A stretch of 64,000 nt of DNA from Acidobacteriota bacterium (GTDB lineage Bacteria; Acidobacteriota; UBA6911; RPQK01; JAJDTT01), in contig OZ242374.1 of assembly GCA_965209055.1 (NCBI GenBank), forward strand, positions 640,001-704,000, in the 5' to 3' direction. The notes below the pieces were generated by a model. It saw only the letters and a list, made by a program, of their open reading frames with translations, had not been told where the DNA came from and ran no database searches. Below are positions 48,516 to 58,384 of the stretch, in pieces; position 1 is the stretch's first letter; each line of letters opens with the position of its first letter. The position numbers were made by a program, and so were the translations under genes.

Positions 48516-49898
48516 ATGACGACGCAAAACAACCATCATGCCCAATCCGGCCAGGACACCACGGAATCACGCCGGACCTTCATGAGATCGGTGGCGGCCG
48601 GAACCGTCGGCGCCGGATTGTCTCTGGGATTCAACGCGTCGAGCTACGCCAAGGTGAAGGACGCGAACGACCGTGTTCGAGTCGCCGTGGTAGGTCTGCG
48701 CGGGATGGGATGGGGTCACGTCACGGGCTACGCGGGACTCGAAAACGTCGAGGTGGCGGCCCTCTGCGATGTGGACGAGAACATCAGCGCCAAGCGGGTC
48801 AAGGAGATGGACGAAATGGGCTTGCCGCGGCCCGCAACCTATTACGACCTGCGCCACGTGCTGGACGATCCCACCATCGACGCCATCAGCGTGGCGACTC
48901 CGAATCACTGGCATGCCCTGGCCGGTTTCTGGGCGGCTCAGGCCGGCAAGCACGCCACCCTGGAAAAACCGGGCACCCACAACCATTTCGAAGGGCAGCA
49001 GCTCATCAAGGCGGCCGAGAGATATGATCGCCTGATTCAGCACCACGCGGAGCGCCGGACCTTCAAGGGCTACAAGGCCGCCATGAAGTTCCTGCACGAA
49101 GGCGGACTCGGCGAGGTCTACCTGGCGAAGGGGATGTGCTACAAGTGGCGCAACACCATCAAACGGAAGGGCCCCGAAGCCGTTCCCCCCGGCGTCCACT
49201 ACGATCTCTGGCTGGGACCCGCGCCCAAGCGCGAGTTCACCCGGAACCGCTTCCACTACAACTGGCACTGGCACTGGGACTACGGCAACGGAGACATCGG
49301 CAACCAGGGCGCCCACCAGGTGGATATCGCGCGCTGGGGCCTGGGCGTCACCCTGCCGACCAAGATCTCTTCCATGGGCGGGCATTTCATGTTCGACGAC
49401 GACCAGGAGACCCCCAACACCCAAATGGCTCTCTTCGAGTTCCCCAGCGAAGAGGGGGGCGGCGACAAGAAGAAAATCATGCAGTTCGAAGTCCGCCACT
49501 GGGTCACCAACCACGAAGGTGGACTGGGGAAAGGGGCCGGCAACAACATCGGCAACCTCTTCTACGGCTCCGAAGGGTACATGGTGATCGACGGAGGCGG
49601 GAACTGGCGGACCTACATGGGCAAGGGACGGGAACCGGGTCCGTCAGGCAGCGGCGGCGGAGACATGTTCCGCAACTTCGTGGAGGCCATCCGCGCCAAC
49701 GACCGCTCCATCATGGAAGGGGACATCGTCGAGGGCCATCACAGTTGCGCGCTGATTCACATGGCCAATACTTCGTACCGCCTGGGCCGAACCCTGGACT
49801 TCGATCCCGTCACGGAGCGCTACCTCGGCGACGACGAAGCCAACGCCATGCTGACCCGGAACTATCGGGCGCCCTACGTGATTCCGGAGAAGTTCTAG
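48516..49898 (+). CDS. Tat-exported Gfo/Idh/MocA oxidoreductase
   Basis: SRRTFM, VGLRGMG, ATPNHWH, LEKP, YDLWLGPAP, NQGAHQVD. Confidence 0.92.
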   Translation: MTTQNNHHAQSGQDTTESRRTFMRSVAAGTVGAGLSLGFNASSYAKVKDANDRVRVAVVGLRGMGWGHVTGYAGLENVEVAALCDVDENISAKRVKEMDEMGLPRPATYYDLRHVLDDPTIDAISVATPNHWHALAGFWAAQAGKHATLEKPGTHNHFEGQQLIKAAERYDRLIQHHAERRTFKGYKAAMKFLHEGGLGEVYLAKGMCYKWRNTIKRKGPEAVPPGVHYDLWLGPAPKREFTRNRFHYNWHWHWDYGNGDIGNQGAHQVDIARWGLGVTLPTKISSMGGHFMFDDDQETPNTQMALFEFPSEEGGGDKKKIMQFEVRHWVTNHEGGLGKGAGNNIGNLFYGSEGYMVIDGGGNWRTYMGKGREPGPSGSGGGDMFRNFVEAIRANDRSIMEGDIVEGHHSCALIHMANTSYRLGRTLDFDPVTERYLGDDEANAMLTRNYRAPYVIPEKF

Positions 49899-49947
49899 GA
49901 CGGGGATGGGGAGAAAACGGCGGCCCGGGTAACAGCGGCGGCGCTCG

Positions 49948-51108
49948 TCACACGCCGCGCTCGAGCGGATGCGTGCGATTCTTGAGCGGAAACGTCACCC
50001 GTGCGCCCGTCAACTGGGACTGGTAGACGGACGAGATCATCTCGGTGGTCCAGCGGCCGTCATACTCGTTGACGGCCGGTTCACGATCTTCCTCGATGGC
50101 CTGCAACAGGTCGGCCACCATGAGGGTGGCCAACTGGTTCGATCCGGCCCGCTCTTCCGCAGTGAGTTCGATGGGTTCCCACGCTCCGCTGTGCCAATCG
50201 GGAGAGCGAAGGATTGCCGCGCCTGATACGGTCGGCAGGTAGATCACACCCTTGCTGCCATAGAGGTAGATTCCGAAGCGCCGTCCCGTCTTGACGTCGT
50301 TTGCCTTGGATCCGAAGTAGGCATGGACGCCTTGACCCAGATAGAACATGGCGGCGACCTGGTCTCCCGCCAGCGCTCCCATGCTTCCTGGTCCCTGCTT
50401 CTCGCGGGCGTGGCTTCGTTTCATTTCGGATTCGTGCTCCGTCACGTGAGCGAACACCCATTTCGGGTTGCCGGCAAACATCCTCAACAGATGCATCAGG
50501 TGGCACCCCAGCACCATCAGGTCCTCGCCGCCGGCGCGCCGGTCTTCCTTGCCGCGGGCACGGATCTCCTGAAGCACGCCGATCTCGCCTTGCCGGACCA
50601 TCTGCAGGACACGCCGCGTCATGGGCAGCGTTGCGGTCACGAAGCCAACCTGCACTTTCACGCCGCTCTTCCGGATAGCCTTTACCATGGCGTCCGCTTC
50701 CACCAGATCGCGCGCGAACGGTTTCTCCATCAGGATATGGGCGCCTGACTCGGCGGCGGCCGTGACCATCTCCAAGCGGTGGTCCAGGGCGTGGGGACAG
50801 ATTGCCACCAGGTCGGGATTCTCCTTGCGGAGCATTTCCTGGTAGTCGCGGTAGCCTTGCTTCGCTCCGGTGTGGGCCATGACCTCTTTTCGACCGGTGG
50901 CGTCCGGGTCGGCGACCGCTACGACGTCGATAGAATCGAAGGGATTGAAGGCCTCGTCCCAACCGTGGCCGTAGCCGCCCACGCCGGTGTGACCGATGAC
51001 GGCGGCGCGGTATTTTCTGCTGGCCGAATAGAGACTTGAGGTGCTGCCGGTGAGGTGGGTTGCCGCCCAGGCTCCGGCAGTGGAGGTGATGAAATGGCGT
51101 CTGTTCAT
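49948..51108 (-). CDS. Tat-exported Gfo/Idh/MocA oxidoreductase
   Basis: MNRRHF, GHTGVGGYGHG, MEKP, GKEDRRAGGEDLMVLGCH; ORF extension upstream of 51108 runs through a REP array. Confidence 0.88.
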   Translation of the reverse strand: MNRRHFITSTAGAWAATHLTGSTSSLYSASRKYRAAVIGHTGVGGYGHGWDEAFNPFDSIDVVAVADPDATGRKEVMAHTGAKQGYRDYQEMLRKENPDLVAICPHALDHRLEMVTAAAESGAHILMEKPFARDLVEADAMVKAIRKSGVKVQVGFVTATLPMTRRVLQMVRQGEIGVLQEIRARGKEDRRAGGEDLMVLGCHLMHLLRMFAGNPKWVFAHVTEHESEMKRSHAREKQGPGSMGALAGDQVAAMFYLGQGVHAYFGSKANDVKTGRRFGIYLYGSKGVIYLPTVSGAAILRSPDWHSGAWEPIELTAEERAGSNQLATLMVADLLQAIEEDREPAVNEYDGRWTTEMISSVYQSQLTGARVTFPLKNRTHPLERGV

Positions 51109-51171
51109 TTGTTTCCTCGGTGATCCTGGGGAATTGAAGGGGGACTCCGTCCCCCTCGACCCCCTGGAGAC

Positions 51172-51277
51172 CGGCGGTAGGAAAACCGCCGGTCCCATCG
51201 GCGGCAAGAAAGCCGCCGCTCCATTCGGCGGCAAGGATGCCGCTGCTCCTTTTCGGCGATTGGAAATCGCCGATCCT
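51172..51277 (-). repeat. Tandem array of four REP-like palindromes (~27 bp period)
   Basis: CGGCGGTAGGAAAACCGCCGGTCC, CGGCGGCAAGAAAGCCGCCGCTCC, CGGCGGCAAGGATGCCGCTGCTCC, CGGCGATTGGAAATCGCCGATCC. Confidence 0.82.
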
Positions 51278-51300
51278 TCGGGGGTTAACAACCCCCGCTC

Positions 51301-52629
51301 CTACTGGTCTACGTCCTGCTCCCAGTTCGCGTACAGGCGCTTGATTTCTTCCACGAGTTCCGGCTTCTCGTAGGTCAGTGTCTGACGTTCACTCGGGTCG
51401 GTCCTCAGATCGAACAACATGTCCACCTGCTCCACGCCGTCCAGGACGTACTTCCAGTGCCCCTTGCGGACCGCCTTCTGTACGTAGCACTGCCAGTAGG
51501 GCCGCTGTGGATTGCATTCGCCCACGAACTTGACGCGCCAGAAGAAGGTGCGCTCCTGAAGAGGCTTCTCTCCGCTCAGGATGGGGAGGATGTCGATGCC
51601 GTCCAGGGTGCGTCCCTCCGGAGGGGCGCTCCCCGTGGCCGCCAGGATAGTGGCCGAATAATCCATGGTGATGACCGCCTGATCGGAGGTCTTGCCGGCC
51701 GGGAGGCGCTTCGGCCAACGGACCAGGCCGGGGACTCGAATCCCGCCCTCCCACAATGTGGCCTTGTGATTGAAAAAAGGTGCGGTGCGCGAGAGGCGCT
51801 CGCCTCCGTTGTCGCTGGTGAAGATGACCAGGGTGTTGGAAGCCAGACCCTTCCGGTCGAGCACATCCAGAATTTCGCCGACCCCGTCGTCGATTGCCTC
51901 GACCATGCCGTTGTAGTCCTCGCGGGTCCCCTCCAGCCGATTTTCCGCCGTCGCAACCCAGCGCCGGTTCGGTGGCTGGAACGGCCAGTGAGGTGCGTTG
52001 TAGGAGACGAAGAGGAAGAACGGCTCGCCCGCGTGGCGTTCGATGAAGTCGACGGACCGCTCGGTGATGAGATGGGTCATGTACCCATCTTTTTTCACCG
52101 GTTTGGTGTTTTCGTAGAGATCGGGAAAACCTCTCTCCGGGATCACTTCGCGATGGGTGTAGAAATCGATGTTTGCACCCAGGAAACCAAAAAACTCATC
52201 GAATCCGTGGGCATTCGGTCCCGTCTCGGGGGTGATTCCCACGTGCCACTTCCCCATCAGTCCCGTCGCATAGCCGTTGTTCTTCACCATCCTGGCCACG
52301 GATGTCTCCGACGTGGACAGTCCCGGAGATCCCGCGCCCGCGAACGCCCATTCGATTCCACTCCGCTGTTGGTAGCGTCCGGTAAGAAAAGCGATGCGCG
52401 TCGGCGTGCACACCGGGGCCGCCGCGTAATTGTCTGTGAGTTTGACTCCCTCCCGAGCCATGCGGTCCAGGTGAGGGGTCTGGAGATCCGTGGCGCCGTA
52501 GGGCCCCACGTCGCCATATCCCATATCGTCGACCAGAATGAAGATAACGTTCGGTTTGTCACCGGCTTCAGCGTCCGGCTGCATGGAGACGGCGAGCAAG
52601 AGACCGAATATCGTCGAGCACCACTTCAT
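51301..52629 (-). CDS. Arylsulfatase-family (S1) enzyme
   Basis: Signal peptide from MKWCST, PNVIFILVDDMG, CTPTR, GKWHVG, SDNGG, LWEGGIRVP. Confidence 0.92.
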   Translation of the reverse strand: MKWCSTIFGLLLAVSMQPDAEAGDKPNVIFILVDDMGYGDVGPYGATDLQTPHLDRMAREGVKLTDNYAAAPVCTPTRIAFLTGRYQQRSGIEWAFAGAGSPGLSTSETSVARMVKNNGYATGLMGKWHVGITPETGPNAHGFDEFFGFLGANIDFYTHREVIPERGFPDLYENTKPVKKDGYMTHLITERSVDFIERHAGEPFFLFVSYNAPHWPFQPPNRRWVATAENRLEGTREDYNGMVEAIDDGVGEILDVLDRKGLASNTLVIFTSDNGGERLSRTAPFFNHKATLWEGGIRVPGLVRWPKRLPAGKTSDQAVITMDYSATILAATGSAPPEGRTLDGIDILPILSGEKPLQERTFFWRVKFVGECNPQRPYWQCYVQKAVRKGHWKYVLDGVEQVDMLFDLRTDPSERQTLTYEKPELVEEIKRLYANWEQDVDQ

Positions 52630-52770
52630 TTGCGTTTTCCTCCTCCTGGATGACAACGGTAGTGCCGCCCGCATCCTTGCTGGAGCGAGTATACGTTCTC
52701 GATGCAGCAAGGGCACGGGTGCAGCTATCGGCAGCGGGCGCTTTCCAATAGAATGAGCCTCAACCTGACC

Positions 52771-53811
52771 ATGGCATTCAAAGCAGGAATCATCGGTACC
52801 GGGACCATCGCACTGGACCATGCCGTCACCTGCGTACGTCACCCCAAGGTCGAGTTGGCAGCGGCCTGCGACCTTTCCCAAGAGGCCGTGAACGTCTTCG
52901 GCGACCGCTTCCAGGTCCCCAACCGCTACACCGACCTGGACCGGATGATGTCGGAAGAACGGCTCGATATCGCCATCGTCGCCACCTGGGGGCCCGCCCA
53001 CGCCCCGGTCAGCATCGCCGCGGCGAACTCGGGAAACGTCCGCGCCATCCTGTGCGAGAAGCCCATTGCCGGGGACGCCGCCGAATGCGAAGCCATGGTC
53101 GACGCCGCGCGCGGGAACGGCGTCATGCTGGTGGAAGCATTCAAGTGGCGGCACGATCCCCAACATGTCCGGATCAAGGAGATCATCGACTCGGGCCGGA
53201 TCGGGCGGGTCGTCTCCGTCCAGGCCACATTCTCCTCTCCGTTGGTTCGATTCGCCGAGCCGGACAACTGGCGCTACGACCGGCGGCGGGGCGGCGGGTC
53301 CGTCTACGACACGGCGTGCTACCTGATTCATTTCTCGCGGTTCGTCATCGGCGAGGAGCCCCACCGGGCCTATGCGGTGGGACGGTTCATCGAGTCGGCC
53401 GATGCGGACATGACTGCCATCATCCAGCTCGAGTTTCCGGGAGGCGCAACCGCCCAACTGACCACCAGCTATCAGTACGGCTACTGCCAGGCGACGGAGG
53501 TGCTGGGCCTGACCGGGTGGATCCGCGCCGACCTGCCGTTCGACCAGCGGAGCGTGAGGGAACAGGAGTTCGTCGAGAAGGAAGACCTGCCCGCCTCCAT
53601 CGAGGTCTTCCATGACAACTTCGACCACGAAGTCCACCGCTTCGACCCCGTGGACCAGTTTGCCCTGCAGCTCGACCACCTGGTGGAATGCCTGGAGACG
53701 AACACACCGCACCGGGTTACCCCGGAGTTCAGCCTCGGCAACATGAAGATCATCGACGCCGTCTATGAGTCCATGAAGACAAGGAAACCCGTGGACTTGA
53801 AATCCAACTAA
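52771..53811 (+). CDS. Cytoplasmic Gfo/Idh/MocA dehydrogenase
   Basis: GIIGTGTIA, LCEKP, EAFKWRHDP, GGGSVYDTACY. Confidence 0.9.
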   Translation: MAFKAGIIGTGTIALDHAVTCVRHPKVELAAACDLSQEAVNVFGDRFQVPNRYTDLDRMMSEERLDIAIVATWGPAHAPVSIAAANSGNVRAILCEKPIAGDAAECEAMVDAARGNGVMLVEAFKWRHDPQHVRIKEIIDSGRIGRVVSVQATFSSPLVRFAEPDNWRYDRRRGGGSVYDTACYLIHFSRFVIGEEPHRAYAVGRFIESADADMTAIIQLEFPGGATAQLTTSYQYGYCQATEVLGLTGWIRADLPFDQRSVREQEFVEKEDLPASIEVFHDNFDHEVHRFDPVDQFALQLDHLVECLETNTPHRVTPEFSLGNMKIIDAVYESMKTRKPVDLKSN

Positions 53812-53826
53812 AGGAGGGGTGCACCA

Positions 53827-54801
53827 ATGGCGTTCCAATACTCCGTCATCTCCGAGACCATCGGGAGAATCGGACACTACATCCTCGAGACACCGCAGCC
53901 GATCCTGGAAGCCATCAAGCGGGCCGGGTTCGACGCCGTCGACCTGCCGGGCAATCCGCCGAAGCTCGATGTCGACAAGTTCCGGAGGTTGCTGGATTCC
54001 ACGGGGCTGGAAGTCAACGAAATACTGGGCGCCTGGGCGTATCATCACGCCGGAGAAAGCAGGGACTTGGCCGGCGACGACGTACAAGCCCGGCAGAGAG
54101 GCATCGACTACGGCAAGGCCTGCGTCGACCTGGCGTCCGCCTTGGGGGCAAAGTACTACCAGATCTGCGCTTCCCAGACTCCCGTCCCCCAGATCCCCTT
54201 CCCCAAGCTGCCCATGCACGTTCTGAGAAGCAATTTTCTCGAGGGGGCCAGAGAAATCTGCGAATACGCGGGAGAGCGGGACATCACGGTTCTGTTCGAG
54301 CCGCTGAACCGCTATGAAGCCTATTCCGGCATCTTGACCTCCGTCTTCGACGCCATCAGCCTGATCGACGACCTGGGCCTGCCCAATATCGGCGTCCAGC
54401 CGGACATCTACCACATGAACATCTCCGAGGCCTCGACAACCAGCGCCCTCCTGGCGGCGGGCGACCGGATCAAGGTCATGCACGTGAACGAGACCAATCA
54501 CTGCTTCCTGGGCGAGGGCCACGCCGACTATCCGGCCATCTTGAGCACCCTGAAGGAGATCGGTTTCGACGGATACCTTTCCATTTACATGGGCCTGGTT
54601 CCCCCGGAAATCTCCTATCGGGCCGGCGTCAGCGAAGAGGCGGCGAGACCCGGCCTCCAGGAGTCTCTGGAGAGGCAGATCAATTTTCTGAAGGCGGTTG
54701 AAACTTCCGTCGACTACCAGCGGCGGCTCTACGGTTCGGGCGCCGGTTACGTCACCCGGGAGGGATCGGCGGAGGCGGGCAAGAGCGGGACGGAATATTG
54801 A
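53827..54801 (+). CDS. Sugar phosphate isomerase/epimerase (xylose isomerase-like TIM barrel)
   Basis: FEPLNRYE, DIYHMNISE, HVNE, LGEGH; SD AAGGAGG. Confidence 0.85.
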   Translation: MAFQYSVISETIGRIGHYILETPQPILEAIKRAGFDAVDLPGNPPKLDVDKFRRLLDSTGLEVNEILGAWAYHHAGESRDLAGDDVQARQRGIDYGKACVDLASALGAKYYQICASQTPVPQIPFPKLPMHVLRSNFLEGAREICEYAGERDITVLFEPLNRYEAYSGILTSVFDAISLIDDLGLPNIGVQPDIYHMNISEASTTSALLAAGDRIKVMHVNETNHCFLGEGHADYPAILSTLKEIGFDGYLSIYMGLVPPEISYRAGVSEEAARPGLQESLERQINFLKAVETSVDYQRRLYGSGAGYVTREGSAEAGKSGTEY

Positions 54802-54832
54802 AACCTTGCCACAACGAGACTATTTCTGAGCT

Positions 54833-55609
54833 ATGCAAACCAACCGCGCAAAGGAAAAACTGAATTCCGGGGAAGCCGCTCTCGGCACCTTCATGGGGCT
54901 GGGCAGTCCCAGCGTCGCCGAGCTGTTGTCGCAGGTCGGCCTCGACTTCCTGGTCATCGAAACCGAGCACAACGGCCTGGACTCGGCCGAGATCGAGCAC
55001 ATGCTCATGGCCATCAAGGGGACCGAAACCGTACCCATCGTCCGCGTCCCCTCCCATGAGCAGGTCTTCATTCAGCGGGCCTTGGACATGGGCGCCATGG
55101 GCGTCATCGCCCCCATGTTGAGGACCGCGGCCGAGGCCGAGGCCCTGGTGGCTGCGACCCGTTACCCGCCGCACGGGATCCGCGGTTGGGGCCCCATGCG
55201 CGCCAGCCAATACACCATCGACAACGACGACTACATCAAGCGGGCCAATGACAACATCATTGTCGCCGCGCTGCTGGAGACCACGGAAGCGGTTGAGAAC
55301 CTGGAAGAGATCACGTCGGTTCCGGGCTTCGACGCCCTCTATCTGGGGATGTGGGATCTCTGTTTCAATATGGGCTTCAATCCCATGGAGATGCCCTTCC
55401 CGGAGACGGACGCCGTGATCGAATACGCAGCGGAGATCGGGAAGAAGAACGGAGTCGCCATCGGGATCGGCTCCACGACGCCTGAGGAATTGAAACAGCG
55501 CATGGACCAGGGACTGACCTTCCTGGGCTTCGGTCCCGACTACAGTCTGGTCTTGAACGCGGTCCGGGCCGGGGTCGACGTCTTCCACGGATCAGAGCAA
55601 GGGAGTTGA
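54833..55609 (+). CDS. HpcH/HpaI family class II aldolase
   Basis: ETEHNG, VRVP, ALDMGAMG, RYPPHGIRG, LLET, GMWDL. Confidence 0.9.
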   Translation: MQTNRAKEKLNSGEAALGTFMGLGSPSVAELLSQVGLDFLVIETEHNGLDSAEIEHMLMAIKGTETVPIVRVPSHEQVFIQRALDMGAMGVIAPMLRTAAEAEALVAATRYPPHGIRGWGPMRASQYTIDNDDYIKRANDNIIVAALLETTEAVENLEEITSVPGFDALYLGMWDLCFNMGFNPMEMPFPETDAVIEYAAEIGKKNGVAIGIGSTTPEELKQRMDQGLTFLGFGPDYSLVLNAVRAGVDVFHGSEQGS

Positions 55610-55616
55610 AATCGCC

Positions 55617-56579
55617 ATGACGGAATATCGACCGCTGACGGATTCCACCGGGCATCTGGGCGACGCCGAGCGTCTTTCGGAAAACCTCGCCCAAGACGGC
55701 TACCTCCTGCTGCGGGGCCTGGTCGATCCGCAACGAGTGTCGCAGGTCAAGAAGGACGTCATGGGGGTCCTGCACGAGACTCACATCATTGAAGAAAATG
55801 ACACGGAAGATCCCATGTGGAGCGGGGGGCCCCACCCTTCCGAAGCGGAACACATGAGGTACTACGACAAGATCGTGCGGCTCGACTCCTTCAACCGGCT
55901 GGCGGAGTCGCCGGAGATCGTCGCGGTCATGGAGAGCGTGGTGGGCGAAGCCGTCACGGTCTGGAAACAGCGGCTCATCCGGATCATGTTTCCGGATCCC
56001 GATGCGCCGGACGACGCCGGCGTGGGCACCCACCAGGACGGAGCCAGCAACCTCGGGTACCAGGCCGACCGGTTCTACACCTGCTGGTTGCCGCTTATGG
56101 AAATCGACCCCAACATCGGGGGTCTGGCCATCGCTGTCGGTTCCCACAAGATGGGATTCCTGGAACACGCGGGCTCCAGTCCCAGCGATGCCAAGAAAGC
56201 GAGGTCCAAGGGATTCGGACTGGATTCGTCGGACTTCGCCTGGGGCACCACCGACTACCATCCCGGAGACGCCATCATCTTCGGCCATGTCACGGCCCAT
56301 CGCGGACTGGTGAACCGGTCCGACCGGATTCGCCTCTCTTGCGACTTCCGCTACCAGTCCGTCAACGACACGGTCAGTTGGATCGCTCATACGCCGGGTC
56401 CCGACTGCCGGCGAGTCGCGCAGCAGATCGATGCCGTCGTCACCAGCCGGGCGCTCTACGTCACCACCCACGCGAACAAGGACACCCTGCAGGAAGTCCG
56501 CCGGCTTATGCTGGTGGAGAAGGCGACGACCCTGGAACGCGCCCAGGAACTCGTCGCCGAGGTTGGACAACGGAACTAG
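55617..56579 (+). CDS. PhyH-family Fe(II)/2-oxoglutarate dioxygenase
   Basis: [34 protein letters not shown]…TAH…N…RLSCDFRYQ. Confidence 0.9.
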   Translation: MTEYRPLTDSTGHLGDAERLSENLAQDGYLLLRGLVDPQRVSQVKKDVMGVLHETHIIEENDTEDPMWSGGPHPSEAEHMRYYDKIVRLDSFNRLAESPEIVAVMESVVGEAVTVWKQRLIRIMFPDPDAPDDAGVGTHQDGASNLGYQADRFYTCWLPLMEIDPNIGGLAIAVGSHKMGFLEHAGSSPSDAKKARSKGFGLDSSDFAWGTTDYHPGDAIIFGHVTAHRGLVNRSDRIRLSCDFRYQSVNDTVSWIAHTPGPDCRRVAQQIDAVVTSRALYVTTHANKDTLQEVRRLMLVEKATTLERAQELVAEVGQRN

Positions 56580-56587
56580 ACGCCTTT

Positions 56588-58300
56588 ATGAATGATTCCG
56601 AGGCCGAGACCTGCGACCTCGGCGTCTTCTCCATACGCCCTCCCCGCCTGCCGCTCCTCTTCCTGGCGGCGTTCCTGACTAGTGGATTGTCGGCGAGCGG
56701 AACCGCCGCGCCAAGAACCGATCTCTTCACCAAAATCCCCTCCTCCAGCAGCGGCATCGTCTGGGTGCACGAGAACGCCATGTCGGAGATGCGCCATCTT
56801 CCGGAAACGCTGGGGCCCGGCTGCGCCTTTTTCGATTACGACAACGACGGGTGGGTGGACCTCTACCTGGTGAACACCGGTCCCTCCGATTTCTTCAAGC
56901 CCGGGAAGAGTCCCGGCAACGCCCTCTACCGGAACAACCGGGACGGGACCTTCAGCAACGTGACCCAAAAGGCGGGAGTCGCCGCCGGCAGTTTCGGAAT
57001 GGGGGCCGCCGCCGCCGATTACGACAACGACGGAGACGCCGATCTTTACGTCACCGCCTACGGCCGCTCCATTCTCTACGAGAACCAGGGGGATGGAACC
57101 TTCCGGGACGTCACCCAAAGCGCCGGACTGGCCGCTCCCGGTTGGACGACCAGCGCCGCGTGGTTCGACTTCGATGGCGACGGATGGCTCGACCTGTTCG
57201 TCTGCAGCTTCGTCAAATACCAGGTCGACAACCCCGTGCGATGCGGAAACAACCAGTTGGGCAAGAACTACTACTGCATCCCCACCTTCTTTGAACCGAC
57301 GCCGAGCCTGCTTTTCCGAAACAAAGGCGACGGCACCTTCGCCGAAATCGGAGCCGCGAGCGACATCGGCCGGTCACTGGGAAAGGCGCTGGGGGTCGTC
57401 GCCACCGACGTCAACAACGACCGCAGGATGGATCTCTTCGTCGCCAACGACACGGTCCAGAACTTCCTCTTCGTCAACCGGGGAGACGGCCGGTGGGACG
57501 AGATCGGCTTCCTCGCCGAGGTGGGGTTCAGCGCCAACGGGAAAGCGCGCTCCGGGATGGGCGTCGATGCCGCCGACTACGACCAGGACGGCCGGCAGGA
57601 CCTGTTCGTGGCCAACGTGGACCAGGAGATGTTCGCCCTCTACCGGAATCAGGGGAACGAGTTGTTCCGGGACCTCTCCCATCCCAACCAGGTGGCTCAG
57701 TCCACCCGGCTCCTGAGCGGCTGGGGACTGAAATTTCTGGACTTCGACTTGGACGGAGACGTGGACCTGTTCCTGGCCAACGGGCATCCCGACGACATGA
57801 TCGCCTCCTATTCCCTGCAGGTCACCTACGCCATGCCGCTGCTGCTTTTCGAGAACGTGGACGGGAGGTTTCGGGACATCAGCGAGGGGGCGGGCGCCGT
57901 CTTCGCGGAGAAGTATCCAGCTCGCGGGATGACGGTGGGCGATTTCGACAATGATGGGAGAGTCGACGTTCTGGTGGCCAACAACGGGCAGGCGCCCGTG
58001 CTGCTACGGAACCGGTGGGGGGACGGCAACCACTGGATCGGCTTGAAACTGGTGGGCAGGAACTGCAATCGGGACGCCATCGGTGCGGTGATCCGATGGT
58101 CCGCCGGGGGAGTGGTCCGGAGCCGTTTGAAGACGAGTGGCGGTAGCTATTTGGCGTCCCACGATCCGCGCGAGGTGTTGGGGTTGGGCCAGGCGAGCAA
58201 GCTGGACTGGGTCGAGATTCAATGGCCGTCACCCAGCGACCGGGTCCAGAGGCTCAAAAATCTGCCGATCGACGCGTATATGACGATCACGGAGGAATAG
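56588..58300 (+). CDS. CRTAC1 / ASPIC-UnbV family FG-GAP repeat protein
   Basis: Repeated DYDNDGxxDL motifs, C-terminal DAIGA…GGSYLASHD…GLG…WPS. Confidence 0.9.
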   Translation: MNDSEAETCDLGVFSIRPPRLPLLFLAAFLTSGLSASGTAAPRTDLFTKIPSSSSGIVWVHENAMSEMRHLPETLGPGCAFFDYDNDGWVDLYLVNTGPSDFFKPGKSPGNALYRNNRDGTFSNVTQKAGVAAGSFGMGAAAADYDNDGDADLYVTAYGRSILYENQGDGTFRDVTQSAGLAAPGWTTSAAWFDFDGDGWLDLFVCSFVKYQVDNPVRCGNNQLGKNYYCIPTFFEPTPSLLFRNKGDGTFAEIGAASDIGRSLGKALGVVATDVNNDRRMDLFVANDTVQNFLFVNRGDGRWDEIGFLAEVGFSANGKARSGMGVDAADYDQDGRQDLFVANVDQEMFALYRNQGNELFRDLSHPNQVAQSTRLLSGWGLKFLDFDLDGDVDLFLANGHPDDMIASYSLQVTYAMPLLLFENVDGRFRDISEGAGAVFAEKYPARGMTVGDFDNDGRVDVLVANNGQAPVLLRNRWGDGNHWIGLKLVGRNCNRDAIGAVIRWSAGGVVRSRLKTSGGSYLASHDPREVLGLGQASKLDWVEIQWPSPSDRVQRLKNLPIDAYMTITEE

Positions 58301-58307
58301 TGGGAGC

Positions 58308-58376
58308 GGAGCGGCGGTTTCCTAACCGCCGATTCATGGAATGAGGGGAAACGGACGATTGGAAATCGCCCCTCCT
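58308..58376. repeat. Inverted REP-like doublet between convergent CRTAC1 genes
   Basis: GGAGCGGCGGTTTCCTAACCGCCGATTC and CGGACGATTGGAAATCGCCCCTCCT. Confidence 0.78.
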
Positions 58377-58384
58377 CATTCTCC

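Noticed and set aside
51172-51277. Possible CRISPR array
   Set aside because: Units are adjacent with 2-4 nt gaps, no unique spacers, no cas genes; they belong to the REP-like family.
52630-54522. Apparent 1073-aa sulfatase fusion
   Set aside because: The N-terminal 631 aa are the antisense of the dehydrogenase/epimerase genes; the true sulfatase starts at 52629 with a signal peptide.
55817-56587. N-terminal extension of the CRTAC1 ORF
   Set aside because: Off-frame overlap with the PhyH gene; low-complexity R/G/P sequence.
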